A stretch of 64,000 nucleotides of DNA, from positions 6,803,251 to 6,867,250 of the forward strand of contig OZ316892.1 in the NCBI GenBank assembly GCA_973895155.1. The letters run 5' to 3'. A model generated the notes under the pieces. The model saw only the letters and a list, made by a program, of their open reading frames with translations. It was not told the origin of the DNA and did no database searches. Source of the stretch: Marsupella aquatica (Eukaryota; Plantae; Marchantiophyta). Of this stretch, positions 12,111 through 24,031 are shown piece after piece; positions within the stretch are counted from its first letter, which is position 1, and the number at the start of each line of letters is the position of its first letter. The translations under genes and the position numbers were made by a program.

Positions 12111-15100
12111 ATCTCCCCCTTGACTCTGGTCTAGGGGAGGGTAAAGACTGCTACCAATACGATTGCTCAGCGGGAAGTTCTGGAAAGAAAAACCAAACCG
12201 GTTTTTCCCTCTTTATACGAAAGTAGACCAGAACTAAGCCGTAGCCTATACAAGGAATGAGCAAGAGTATATCTCAGTATCTACACAAATGTTAAGTAAC
12301 CCTACTTGTGAGGCAATTGCAAAACCTGCAATGCATCACGGTGTCTAGAAAAACTCTCCAAAGGAATCACTTTGGTAAAAGCGTCAGTCGGGTTGAGTTT
12401 ACCATCAATCTTGACTAGCTCAAACATATTATCAGACACAGCTTGCATGATAAAATGGTACCTGACGTCGATGTGCTTCACTCTACTGTCCATCACCTGG
12501 TTCACAGCAAGGTGGAGTGCACTCTGACTATCACAATGGAGCTTTTTATTCCCCTGTGGCAATCCCATCTCAGTGATAAGTCTGTCCTTGGAACCAAATC
12601 GCTTCTTTTGTTGATTCCGCTGCTGCAACATACTCTGCTTTTGTAGTAGACTGAGCAATACACTTCTGCAAAGTAGACCTCCAACTTATGCATCCACCTC
12701 CCAGTGTGAACACATAACCTGTTGTTGACCTCCTCCAATCCAAATCCTGTGCATAGTCAGCATCTACATAGCCCATCAATGGTTTAGCATTATCAGCATG
12801 TGCATCAAACAGTAGACCATGATCCACGGTACCCTTCAAATACCGAATAATCCACTTCACTGCTTCCCAGTGTACCTTCCCTGGATTCGACATGTACCTG
12901 CTCACCTTGCCCATAGCCATGGCAAGATCAAGTCTAGTGCAAGTCATCAAATACATGAGATTCCCCACTGCCTTGTCATACGGAACCTTTGACATCAACC
13001 TCTTCTCAGTGTCATCCGTAGGACAGAAAGCTGATGACAACTTGAAGTGTGGAGCCAATGGGGTACTCACTGGCTTGCTATCCCCCATGTTGAACCTTGC
13101 AATTATCTTCCTCGCATAACTGCTCTGCGTCAACCATAGTTTGCCAGCCTCCAAGTCCCTAGTGATCTCCATACCCAAAATTCTCTTAGCAGGCCCTAAG
13201 TCCTTCATCTTAAACTCTACACTTAGCAGTGCCTTCAGCTTAACAATCTCAGACCTATCCTTGGCCGCAATAAGCATGTCATCCACATAAAGTACTAAAA
13301 CAATGAACCCAAAAATGGCATTCTTCACCGGTTTAAGATACACACATGGGTCAAACACACTCCTGTGAAAGCCTTGTGCATGAATCCAATCATCAAACCG
13401 CTTATTCCATTGTCTTGGTGACTACTTCAACCCATACAAGGATCTCAACAATCTGCAAACCAAATCCTTTTGCCCTTTCTTCACAAAACCTAGCGGCTGT
13501 CTCATGAAGATCACCTCTTCCAAGGTGCCATAGAGGAAAGCTGTGACAACATCCATCTGATCTAGCAGCAGACCAAACATAACAACAAGCACACACAGTA
13601 GCCGTATTGTTGAGTACTTAGCAACTGGTGAGAATACCTCATTGTAATCCACACATTTTTCCTATGTGAATCCCTTGGCTACCAACCTAGCCTTGTAGAC
13701 CTTCGATCCACCCCCCATGGACTGATCCTTCAGCTTGTATATCCACTTGCTGTCCCTTAGGCAGCTTGACAAGCTCCCAAGTTTTGTTGTCCTTCAATGA
13801 TTGCATCTCCGTTTGCATTGTTGCGGTCCACTCCTGCTTCTCCTTTGAAGCACTTGCTTCATGAAATGAAGAAGGTTCCCCTTCTTCCAAAATCAACGCA
13901 TCACCCTCATCGTAAGTAAAAAAATCCTTCTCTTGCAATTGAGATGAATCAACCCACTATCCATACCTTGGTGGAGCGCGTACAGTGCGACTAGATGTCC
14001 TTCTAGCCGATGACTCCGGTTGATCTACGTGTGCTGGTACAATTTGAAGCTCTGCAACATCCACTTGTTGCTCACCAGCATCAACAAACTCCTTTGGTTC
14101 CTCTGGCACAGGAACCAACTTCATAATTGGAGCAACTCCTTCTCTCCGGTCATGCACCTCATGACCAATCTCCCTCTCAACGAGATCCGGGATAGAAGAT
14201 TTTCCTTTGTCAATACGGGAGACGTGAGTATTCTCCTCCTCCTTCAATAACATGGATTCATTGAAGGAAATATCCCTACTGATAACGAGCTTACAGGCAA
14301 TAGGATCCCATAGCCTGTAGGCTTTCACACCACTCTGGTACCCAAGAAAAATACATTTCTTGGAGGTAGGATCTAACTTGGTCCTATTCTACTTTGGTGT
14401 GAGAGCATATGCATCACTTCCAAAAACTATCAAACCATGATAGTCTGCTTGCCGCTTATAGCGCATCTCAAACGACGTTTTGAAATTGATAACACTAGAA
14501 GGAGAAAGATTTACCAAATAAGTTGCGGTATTAATAGCTTCTGCCCAGAATTCCTGTGGTAAATTGGATTGGCTCAACATACTTCGTGACTGCTTCAATA
14601 GTGTCTGATTGAGCCTCTCAGCGACACCATTCTGCTGCGGAGTATAAACTGTGGTGAGATGGCAAGTTATCCCCTAGTCTAAACAGTACTCTTCAAATTC
14701 CACTGAAGTGTACTCCCCGCCGTTGTCTGACCTTAGATTCTTCACCCTTGTATCCAAATACTTGACCATGTTTCCAGTCTGATTATCCACCTGGGCCTTT
14801 CACTTCTTAAAAATGGACAAGACATCAGACTTATGCGTCATGAAATAAATCCACACAAATCTTGAGTAATCATCAATAAATGATACATAGTACAACTTTC
14901 CAAAGTGTGAGGGAGTTGGGGATGGACCCCACACGTCACTATGTATGTATTCAAGAACCGCTTTGGAACAATAAGTTCCAACACCGAAAGCACGACGATG
15001 TTGCTTTCCAAGAATGCAATGCTCAAAGAACTCTAATTTACAAGATTACAAATCAGAAATGAGTCCATTCTTCAGTAAGATAGCTAAACCCTTCTCACTC

Positions 15101-15181
15101 ATGTGGCCTAGTCGTGAATGCCACAGTTGAGTCATCTCCTCATACAGTATTGCCCTGCAACACATACAAATTCTTTTGTGG

Positions 15182-15462
15182 TAGAGAGATATGTGGTTCA
15201 CTTCCACATGAGACTACGTCCACGGGAACACACATGAGGTTTACTGCACTCTAGGCCGACCGGCCATACCAAGCATCCACAGCGCAAGCTCTTTTTATCT
15301 CTCAACTAACTCCATAACAATGAGCTTGAGTTCCCTCTCTCCCAACAAACATCGCTTGGTTATAGAGTGTGCACAAAATGACTAACCTAACCAAGTCTAC
15401 GACTAAGGTTAATTTTAATTACGGTACAGTCGTAACTCTAGACCTAAGAGTAAATCCTAACA
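15182..15462 (-). repeat. 5' LTR of the copia element, inner part deleted (281 bp remain)
   Basis: Direct repeat of 11830-12110 with about 25 substitutions by manual count, mostly transitions; ends CA followed by the TSD. Confidence 0.92.
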
Positions 15463-16670
15463 ATAACTTCTAATTACACTGAATAGTCTAGCCGAATCAA
15501 ATACGAAAATTTAAGGGCAGGCCCATTTTATAGTGGCAGCTATTAATTAATTAATTAATTAACAATGAATAACTCAGGTGCACGATATAATAAGTTAGAC
15601 TACAATACTTGTATTTTAATTGTCACTGGACTCTCTTGTAGAGCCCTAAGCCACTCCTCCACTGATGCAGTGGTGCTGGTGCGGCCGTTTTATTCCTGTA
15701 GATTCCCATGACTTTCTCTGCATTTCCTCGCAACTAACTCTCCGATACCCCCCGTCCGCCCGCTGCCCATCTCTGCCCGCGGGCAGTCAAATAGAATCCA
15801 TCATTATGCCCCACCTCGACTGCCCGCACGGCGCTGACTGCGCACTGCCCGGAAACCAAGCAGCCTAGGCGCCGAGCCAAACCGTGCGCGGGCAGCGCCT
15901 CCAGTGCCCGGACCCTCTTGAACCGTCCGTTCCGATAATCGACGGCCCAGATCTGTAGAAGAACAGAATGTCCAATAGATTCCGTTTTGCCGGGGCGGGT
16001 CGGCCCTGTCAGAACACCAGCCCGCCGAGGCGCCGAGCTGGACCGTCGGCGGGCAGCGAATTTTTTCGATCGTAGCCGTCCGTATCTCAAATCACTCCAG
16101 ATTAGCCGAATCCGTCGACTCCGTACTGGGTTTCAACCCTTTTTCAGCGGCAGCCGTCCGTCGCCCAATCAACGATCCAGGTCCAACGATTCTCGAACAG
16201 ATTCTATTTGGCCAGGCGGCGGGCTCTGCGGACCGGTCTACACCCGATTATTATTTTCCGTACTGTACGGTGGTGTTCCATGTCTGACACGGCCTTAACG
16301 TACCGAGTGACGTGTCAGTACGCAGTTGCGGCAGAAGAACACCTAGAGTCTAATAGATCTGACGCGTCCGTATCTTGATTGAACGATACAGATTAAGTGA
16401 TTCTTGAATAGATTCCGCATTGGCTGAATCGTCTAGCTCTTCGACCACGTACTGTGGTAGGTTTTGGTCACGCTGTACTGGGTTAGAGCGAGCTACGGTG
16501 TAGTGTCGCGGTTACCGTGCAGCGAGAGTGCGTAGGCGTGGGGCTCCCTACCCTGCCCCCACCGGGCCCCCCATCCGGCCCACCCCCCGCCCCCAACCCC
16601 CAATCCCCAATGTCGTTTGTTTCGAAGGCCGAACGCTCTTCGGAAACTCTGTTTCCTTCGTCTCCTTCAT

Positions 16671-16935
16671 ATGGGCGAGAGATGCATCGCCAGCTGGGTG
16701 CTCACTCTCTCGATGCGACGATCGATCCCTCGCTCTCAATCAGCTCTGTGATTTTTGTCTGCCTGCCTTGCAGATCGGGTCCTTGCCTGATTCGCTTTTC
16801 TCTCCTGCTGGTGATTGGATCGGTGGTCTGCTGTTTAGTACAGCTCTGCGCTACGTCGACGGCTTTCGGTTCTTCGCTTGCTTTCTGTTGGAAGTCGTTG
16901 AGTGCCGAATTTTGTTTAGAGGCTGTCCATTTTAA
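16671..16935 (+). CDS. Spliced peptide uORF (62 aa) in the PAO 5' leader, probable conserved peptide uORF (CPuORF)
   Basis: ATG 16671, exon 16671-16697, 76-nt GT..TGCAG intron 16698-16773, exon 16774-16935 ending in TAA. Product MGERCIASWIGSLPDSLFSPAGDWIGGLLFSTALRYVDGFRFFACFLLEVVECRILFRGCPF. Plant PAO2/3 mRNAs are known to carry a conserved uORF of similar size. Confidence 0.75.
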
Positions 16936-17895
16936 GCAGTGCTACTGCTGCTGCTGCTGATGACATCGATGAAGCTCCATCTGAGTGTTTCCAGGTCTGA
17001 CTGCCTGATTGACTTCACTTGACTTGTCGTGGCGGTTCGACGGACGACTCCTCTGGATTAAGTTTCTTGCGGACTGGTGGGTCATTGTCTTGCCTGAATT
17101 GGGCTCGATCTGCCGCTGAGCTCACTCGGCCTCTCTCTCTGTGGCACTACTAAGAAGCAGAGCACTTGCTTTGTATGTGCCGTCCTTTGATTCCTTGCTA
17201 CGGTCGGATGAAATTCTTCAGTTAACTTTCTTGGTTAGCTCGATCTATTGGAGAGAGTCTGTCGTCGCCCCGTGCTACTACACTGGCCTTTGCGTACACG
17301 TTGTCGAATCAAATCTTAGAATTTCGCTGCGGAATCGGTCTCAGCATTTTGCTTGCTTGTTTGGGTTCTGCTTCAATCGAATTGAGGTTGTTTGGAGTCT
17401 CAAGTGACCAGCCTTCCGTGTGGCTCTTCAATTCCGTCCTCGTCCTCCTGTCCCTGTTTGCTTGCTAGAGCGGGAGGCAGGCGGTGTTTGTGCATTTCGA
17501 TCACCGCTTTGGCCGGTGAGGGTGAGCCTTCACCAAGTTCTCCCCCCTTGGTCTGAATCCCTCCCTGTATGTCGGTCCGTCCGTTTTTCTTTCGAGTCAT
17601 TAGACTGTATCGGAGTCGGTCGGGGTTGTTTTGGCCTCGCTCCATCGCTTTCCTCAGTCCTCCCTGGTTTTCAACGTCTCTGCCATATGGTAGTATAGTC
17701 ATTGGTGGCTAAAAATCGGGGCTTCTGGCAGCTTCTGCTCGTTTTTCTCCATTGTTAGTCCCCTTGTGCCCTAGTCCGGACTTCTTTCTTCTTACGGCTC
17801 CACCGTCGCGCCCGAGAGCGCGCTAGATTTTCCTCCGTGCTGCTCCAATTCTTACCGCTGGAAGGAGATAAAGCGCAGTGTACACAGCGCCATTT

Positions 17896-20800
17896 ATGGC
17901 GCCCTCGGACCAACTCTCCAGGGATTCGAGTACGTACTTATCCGACCCCATTTCGTCGTGCAGTGTTCACAGATTCTCCCCACACCTCCTGCATTTAAAA
18001 GCTTGTCCATTCCCGCATAATTGAACCCTCTTATACTTTGCTCATATTGAGATAATGATGATGATGTCCATGTGGATCGACCTGGAATACGGCAGACTAT
18101 TTCTATCATACCTTTTCCGTGAAATCGAAACTTTTGCAATGCAAATTTGCTGGCACTGACTAAAGGCTTATCAAAATGGAAATGACATCCATTGGCGGGT
18201 TGGAATCCAGTTTCCTAGCGTAAGATGTTATGCTGGGCAATCATTAACTTCATTCTTAAGAGGGACAACAAGATCTCAAAGTCTTAATTATTTATTAGAG
18301 TCTTAATGCCTGTTGCAGTGGAGGAACGTTGTAGCTTGCGAACGTCTTGAGGTCTTCGTTGACAATCCGAAGGGAACAAGCGTGGCCGGAGAGAATTGAG
18401 AGGTGGCTGACTGACTCTACAATGCTTGTTTGCGCAGCCTCGTTTCAACTCAATGTTGGATCGATATCCCCGGCACCGGCAGTCATTGTGATAGGGGCAG
18501 GAGTCGCAGGATTGGCTGCCGCCCATATTCTTCAATCACATAATTTTAAGGTAACTTATGAACCACTCTCACAGGATGCACTTACCCCCACAGGCAACGC
18601 CGCATGATGATGTCCTCTACGTCAGCGGACAGTGGATCGATCTACGATGTGCATATTTCCACCTGAAGCCATTCGTAGTGAAAAACTTGGCTCAGTGCTG
18701 AATTGGGCTACCAGTGAGCGATGACCGGCCGAAGGTGTCTTCTTTCCCTCTCGATCCTCGATCGGCTGTCAATCCCGTGTCCCGACAGTGAAGTTCTGGT
18801 CTGTGATAAGGAAGGCGGCGCAATCTCTACGAAACAGAGCCTCAGATCGGTGTACAAATTCCCGAGGTCTCCCATTCGTTTTGTACAGGATCGGTAGTTT
18901 ACCCCCTATTTCTAGGTCAAGAGCTTTGTGGATCGTAAAGGGGAGAAATATTGCAGAATCGCGATGGCCGGCCCTCGTGCAGTGATGTTGGATGCAGAGC
19001 TCCAGCGTTGTATCGTACTTCGTAGCCAAAACGATTTCGTGCCGGCTTGATTCAGTCGTTTGGACTTCTTTTGGGGGAAAAATTAGAGGTTTAGAGAAAT
19101 GCAAGAGCGTTGTCCTGTCAAGCAAGCCTTGTGCCTTACCTTGGTCGTCGAATAAAGTATTTTCAGAATACGTGAACGCAATGAATCGTGTTGACTTAAA
19201 TATGACAGCTTTGGCGCAGGTCGTTGTGTTGGAGTCGAGGGATCGAGTTGGAGGTCGCGTGTATACAGATTATTCGTTCGGATTCCCTGTGGACATGGGT
19301 GCATCATGGTGAGCCTCTAGTACAACTTGTTGAGTAAACTAATTTGTCTGCCGTAGAAGAACTAATTTCCTCCATGACACGATACATTGATTTTTTTACT
19401 CATTTTTGTTGTGGTTGAACCGTTGCATCGAATGCTGTCATGCAAAGACATCCTCCACTTGACCAAGCGAAGGTTAATCTGAAGTTTCTTGTATTAGCTC
19501 TGATGGCTTGCCTTCCCTCGTAGGTTGCATGGAGTCTGTAAGAGTAACCCGTTGGCGCCAATAATTGGTCGCCTGGGCCTAACCATGTACCGGACATGTG
19601 ACGAGAACTCTGTCCTATACGATCACGATTTGAAAAGGTCAGAACATAGATTCTCTCGTGCCCGTCAAGTGTTTTATACTTGTTAGGTGAGGTTGCGGCG
19701 GGTAATTGAAGGGTTTCGGATTATCCTAAGGTGCGGATTTCCTTATGGTTTCGGATTATGCTAATATAAAACATTTATCTGTAAGGTGTCATAAGCTCAT
19801 TGATTCTTGCGTGTGGTTTTCTTTGGAATCGCCTGTTTTCTGACGAAATCTCAATTTTATGTTGTTACAGCTATGCTCTATTTGACATGGAAGGCCATAA
19901 AGTTCCTCAACAACTGGTCAAAGAAGTCGGACTTGCGTTTGAGGCTCTGCTAGGAGAAGTATGTTTCGCGTACTTCAACTTTGTTCCAGTTTCTCTATGT
20001 ATTCGACTTCGTTATTGAGGAGTTAATCGGGGCATTTGTTGATCTGTTGGTCTCACCATCTGTCTATTCTTGTCAACAGACCAAGAGAGTTCGTGAAGAA
20101 ATTGGATCGGACATCTCAATAAAGAAAGCCTTCTCTATGGTCTTGGACAAAAGACCAGACTTAAGGTGATGTAGGTTGCTACTGGCTTTGAGTACACTGC
20201 TTTGCCATTTCCTGTATGTTACTTCTCACTTCAGAAGCAATTCGTATTTTTGGGCAGATGTTTGCAATTCGTATTGCTCCATGTGCTGAATGATTTTCCG
20301 TACCTATTGTAACAGACAAGAGGGATTGCGACACAAGGTCTTGCAGTGGTACTTGTGTCGAATGGAGGGTTGGTTCGCCGCTGATGTTGACCACATATCT
20401 GCCCAAAGCTGGGATGAGGTATGCTGATGGACGAAGCACGGGATCCTAATGCGATGTATTCGCTCAAATAGATGGGTCTGAAGTATAAGTACGATGATTT
20501 TGACGAAGTTATGATCGTGTCCAGATCGTCACCTTTCATCTTGTTTAAGACCTTGAATATACTCTTTGACCCCAAAATATTTAACTGTTGTGGACGTGTG
20601 TAGGAAGAGCTCCTCTCAGGGGGCCACGGACTAATGATTAGTGGCTACCAACCTGTTGTTAAATATCTGGCTGAAGGTATCGATATCCGCCTTAGACAGA
20701 GGTGAGTTCAAAGAAGTTCATAAAGGGGCTGTCTTTGTTTTCTTTATCTCAATGGTGGCTCTGTTCTATATATCACAAAAATGGTATCATGACGACTTAT

Positions 20801-21882
20801 TGACACTGCATCCTATATAAATTCACTCCAATGATACCCTCTATACCCCCTCCCTCACTGGCGGTGGCTAATGTATTTCTTCTTTTTTGTGCAACTTTTG
20901 CCAACAGAGTAAAAAAGGTTATTCGACGCCTTCATGGTGGTCATGGTGTAACAGTTGTCACCGAGGATGGCACCGTTTTTCATGCCGATGCTGCGGTGAT
21001 CGCTGTGCCCCTTGGTGTTCTGAAGGCAGACACCATCCGGTTTGAGCCCAAGCTTCCAGATTGGAAAGAAACGGCAATAAGAGATTTAGGCTTTGGCAAT
21101 GAGAATAAGATAGCCTTGTTCTTTGATAGAGTTACCTGGCCGAATGTGGAGTTCTTAGGAGTGGTTGCTCCGACTTCCTACAGCTGCAGTTATTTTTTAA
21201 ACCTGCACAAGGCCACAGGCCACCCGGTTCTGGTTTACATGCCAGCAGGGAAACTTGCAAATGATATCGAAAAGCTTTCCGATGAAGCTGCTGCAAGCTT
21301 TGCCGTATTGCAGCTGAAGAAGATTATTCCCACCGCAGCAGAGCCGGTAAGCAGATATAATTAGTCATTTTTAAGGGAATAATAGTCTCTCTCATTTGGA
21401 AATTAGCTTCTTCTCAATGCTGTATGTGATGTCAAATACATAGTTCTCCTTTATTTCCTTGGAGTATTGTTTGCCAGCTTGTTGAGCTCTAATGATGGAA
21501 CAGAGGACTCGTGCTCACTTCTGGGATGTATGTTCCTAATCTAACCGAGAGATATTGTGCCATGCCTCAGAAATTCTGCAAGGTTTCACGGTGGGGCTCT
21601 GATCCGAACTCCCTAGGTTGCTACAGCTATGATCTTGTCGGTAAGCCGCACGACTTATACGAGCGGCTACGTAAACCACTGGACAAGACCATTTTTTGGG
21701 CGGGTGAAGCCACGAGCCAAAGATTTCCAGGCACTGTACATGGAGCTTTTGATACCGGGGTGATGGCAGCAGAAGAGTGTCTCGCACGGTTTGTAGAGCA
21801 GTATATAGATTTGGAGCTATTTCAACAGCCAGTTATGGGAGAGGAATCAGATTACAATGTCCTTCAAATCTCACGCCTCTGA
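17896..21882 (+). CDS. PAO: Flavin-dependent polyamine oxidase, peroxisomal PAO2/3/4 clade, 10 exons
   Basis: Exons approx. 17896-17929, 18438-18550, 19220-19308, 19524-19637, 19871-19958, 20080-20165, 20316-20418, 20604-20701, 20908-21346, 21571-21882, all with GT-AG introns. Motifs: FAD-binding [58 protein letters not shown]; C-terminal SRL (PTS1). Start ATG 17896 chosen because its phase-1 donor fits the next exon. Confidence 0.93.
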
Positions 21883-23520
21883 GAACTTTCCACTTTTTCC
21901 GGCTAGATGCCAGTGCAGGGGACCACATTGATTAGTTGGGATTGTCAGCCTAGGATGTAGAGGTAACAAGGTTTTGGAAACCTGACGACATAAATTTTGA
22001 GCGATTCAGGGTTGAGGAGTGACCCTTCACAAAAAGCCCTTGATATTTGCCCAATGTGCAACCGTGGGCGTGTAAAGTTTATTACTTGAGAACATTCAAG
22101 GTTGGGAAGTCCAATCACCAATGATTCTCAATGGTCTCGTTCTTTTCACATTGCCTTGTGATGCTCACATTATTTCTTCACCGCAGCCAACGTGGATGGC
22201 TACGGTGTTGTAATACTTGCTTGTGAAATAGAAACAAAGCTATGGGCTTGTTGGGCCTCTCTCCTGGTGAGCTTTTTGTTTCCCAAGGTCGTTGGGTTTT
22301 CTAAGGTCGTTGTTATTTTTCCTTAACCTCAACTAAAGCAAGTTTGCTCCGGTTGTTCAAACATTATATGTTACCGGCCCTCCAACATCATGCAGAGGTG
22401 TGAATCTTTACTCCACCGCTGATTGTGATTCGTACATCTTGGATCCAGGGTTCCATGTCTATCAAGTGTATGGGTGAGTTCGATGGAATAGTGCGGTATC
22501 GAGGCAACAAGCACTTGCAACTGATCACCAAGCGAAAGCTATAGTGGCAATTTTCAACGATTCGTCTCTTACTGGGTGGCAATGCACGACTCTTATCACC
22601 CTTCTCGCCTGCCCCAAGCAAGTTTGAATGTACTCACAATACACCTTTGGAATGATACTGCACCAGCAATGGGCTGGAACGATGCTGAGGGGGTGAAGAG
22701 GTTTCAGTGATGAGGCATTGCAGATCGGCAAGTAGACATCGATGAACATGGGTTGACATTGGGGTAATGTACATGAGACTTGAGCGAGGCCCACTGTGGT
22801 TTTGAAGACAGACACAAAGATCTCAATCGTTCAGAGGTCTCTTGTTCTCTGCTTTGACTCATTTTAATTCACCTGTGTTACCGGGATGATAGAGCTTTAG
22901 GGGCGGCACTGAGATTTGTTGTTACCAATTCCAGGCACCGATTTGTGGGGGACATGTTTGACTCTCGAGTACTTTCAACTTTCATTGTATAGCTTCAGAT
23001 CTGTAATACAAAGGGTTCGAATAGAGACATCTATGACGTCAAAAACGATGAGGCCCTGAGTTTTAACATGTTCAGGCCAAGAGGCTACTCGTAATCTTAA
23101 GATACTTGGTTGATTTTATTTTTACTTTTAAGATTCTTGGTTGGTTTATGGATCTCTGTACTTGTTCAATTTGCGATTGGATGAAGGCTAGTGCTTGTCC
23201 CATGCTTGAGTTAATGAATTTAATCTAGTTTCCATGGTCATGGGCGACTAAATCACAACAGTAATTCTTGGCTAACAGCAATGCCACATAAGCTTGAGGA
23301 TGGGCTTCTACAGTAAGGGGTGGGTGAAAATGTTGTAGGATGGGCAAACAAAGTAGATTATGGATCAGTACAACATAAGCTTGAGGATGTCATGGCTTTA
23401 TGATGTCATAGCTAAGGGATGGATGAACATGTTGTCCTTGTTTTGACACTGTAGCCAATCCACCTTGAATTGATGAACATGCTATCCTTGTTTGTATATG
23501 GCCAATCCACCTTTCAGCAT

Positions 23521-23710
23521 TTTGTCTTACTAAAACTTTTTCTTATATATATTTATTTCAATGGGCCATCACAAGGCGCATCACTTTGTCTTACTAAAAC
23601 TTTTTCTTATATATATTTATTTCAATGGGCCATCACAAGGCGCATCACTTTGTCTTACTAAAACTTCTTATATATTTTTATTTCAATGGGCCATCACAAA
23701 GTGCATTATA
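23521..23710. repeat. Tandem repeat, unit about 64 bp, 3 copies
   Basis: TTTGTCTTACTAAAACTTTTTCTTATATATATTTATTTCAATGGGCCATCACAAGGCGCATCAC is repeated. Confidence 0.9.
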
Positions 23711-23822
23711 TTATTTAGATTTTATATTACTTTTATTACAATGGGCTATCACACAGAAACAAAAGCCTGGATAGATCGAGCCATTGTCTATGTCCATCCT
23801 CGTCTTTGTCCATCCTCATGGG

Positions 23823-24031
23823 TTACGGAAAGTGATTGTTTCTTTTACACCAAAAAGAAAAAGGAACTGGTCATGATTGTTGACTTTGATTACTTGGGGA
23901 GAACATCATGGTGATCAAGGAATTGGATTACGGAAAGTGATTGTTTCTTTTACACCAAAAAGAAAAAGGAACTGGTCATGATTGTTGACTTTGATTACTT
24001 GGGGAGAACATCATGGTGATCAAGGAATTGG
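23823..24031. repeat. Near-perfect 105-bp tandem duplication
   Basis: TTACGGAAAGTGATTG..GATCAAGGAATTGG starts at 23823 and again at 23928. Confidence 0.92.

Larger units (their letters stand above)
11766..15462 (-). mobile_element. Ty1/copia LTR retrotransposon, degenerate and internally deleted
   Basis: 5-bp TSD ATAAC at 11761-11765 and 15463-15467; TG..CA ends. LTR copies at 11766-12110 and 15182-15462 (truncated); PPT AGGGGGAGAT at 12120-12111. Frameshifted pol in copia order: pre-integrase (LWHSRLGHMSEKGL), integrase, RT (LYVDDMLI), RNase H (CDSQSALHLA..KHIDVRYHF). Confidence 0.96.

Noticed and set aside
16517-16960. 147-aa and 135-aa GTG-started ORFs as stand-alone genes
   Set aside because: Both start in the C-rich tract at non-ATG codons and are better explained by the spliced uORF and its overlapping frame.
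23521-23710. CRISPR-like regular repeats
   Set aside because: Units are contiguous with no unique spacers, the context is eukaryotic and there are no cas genes.
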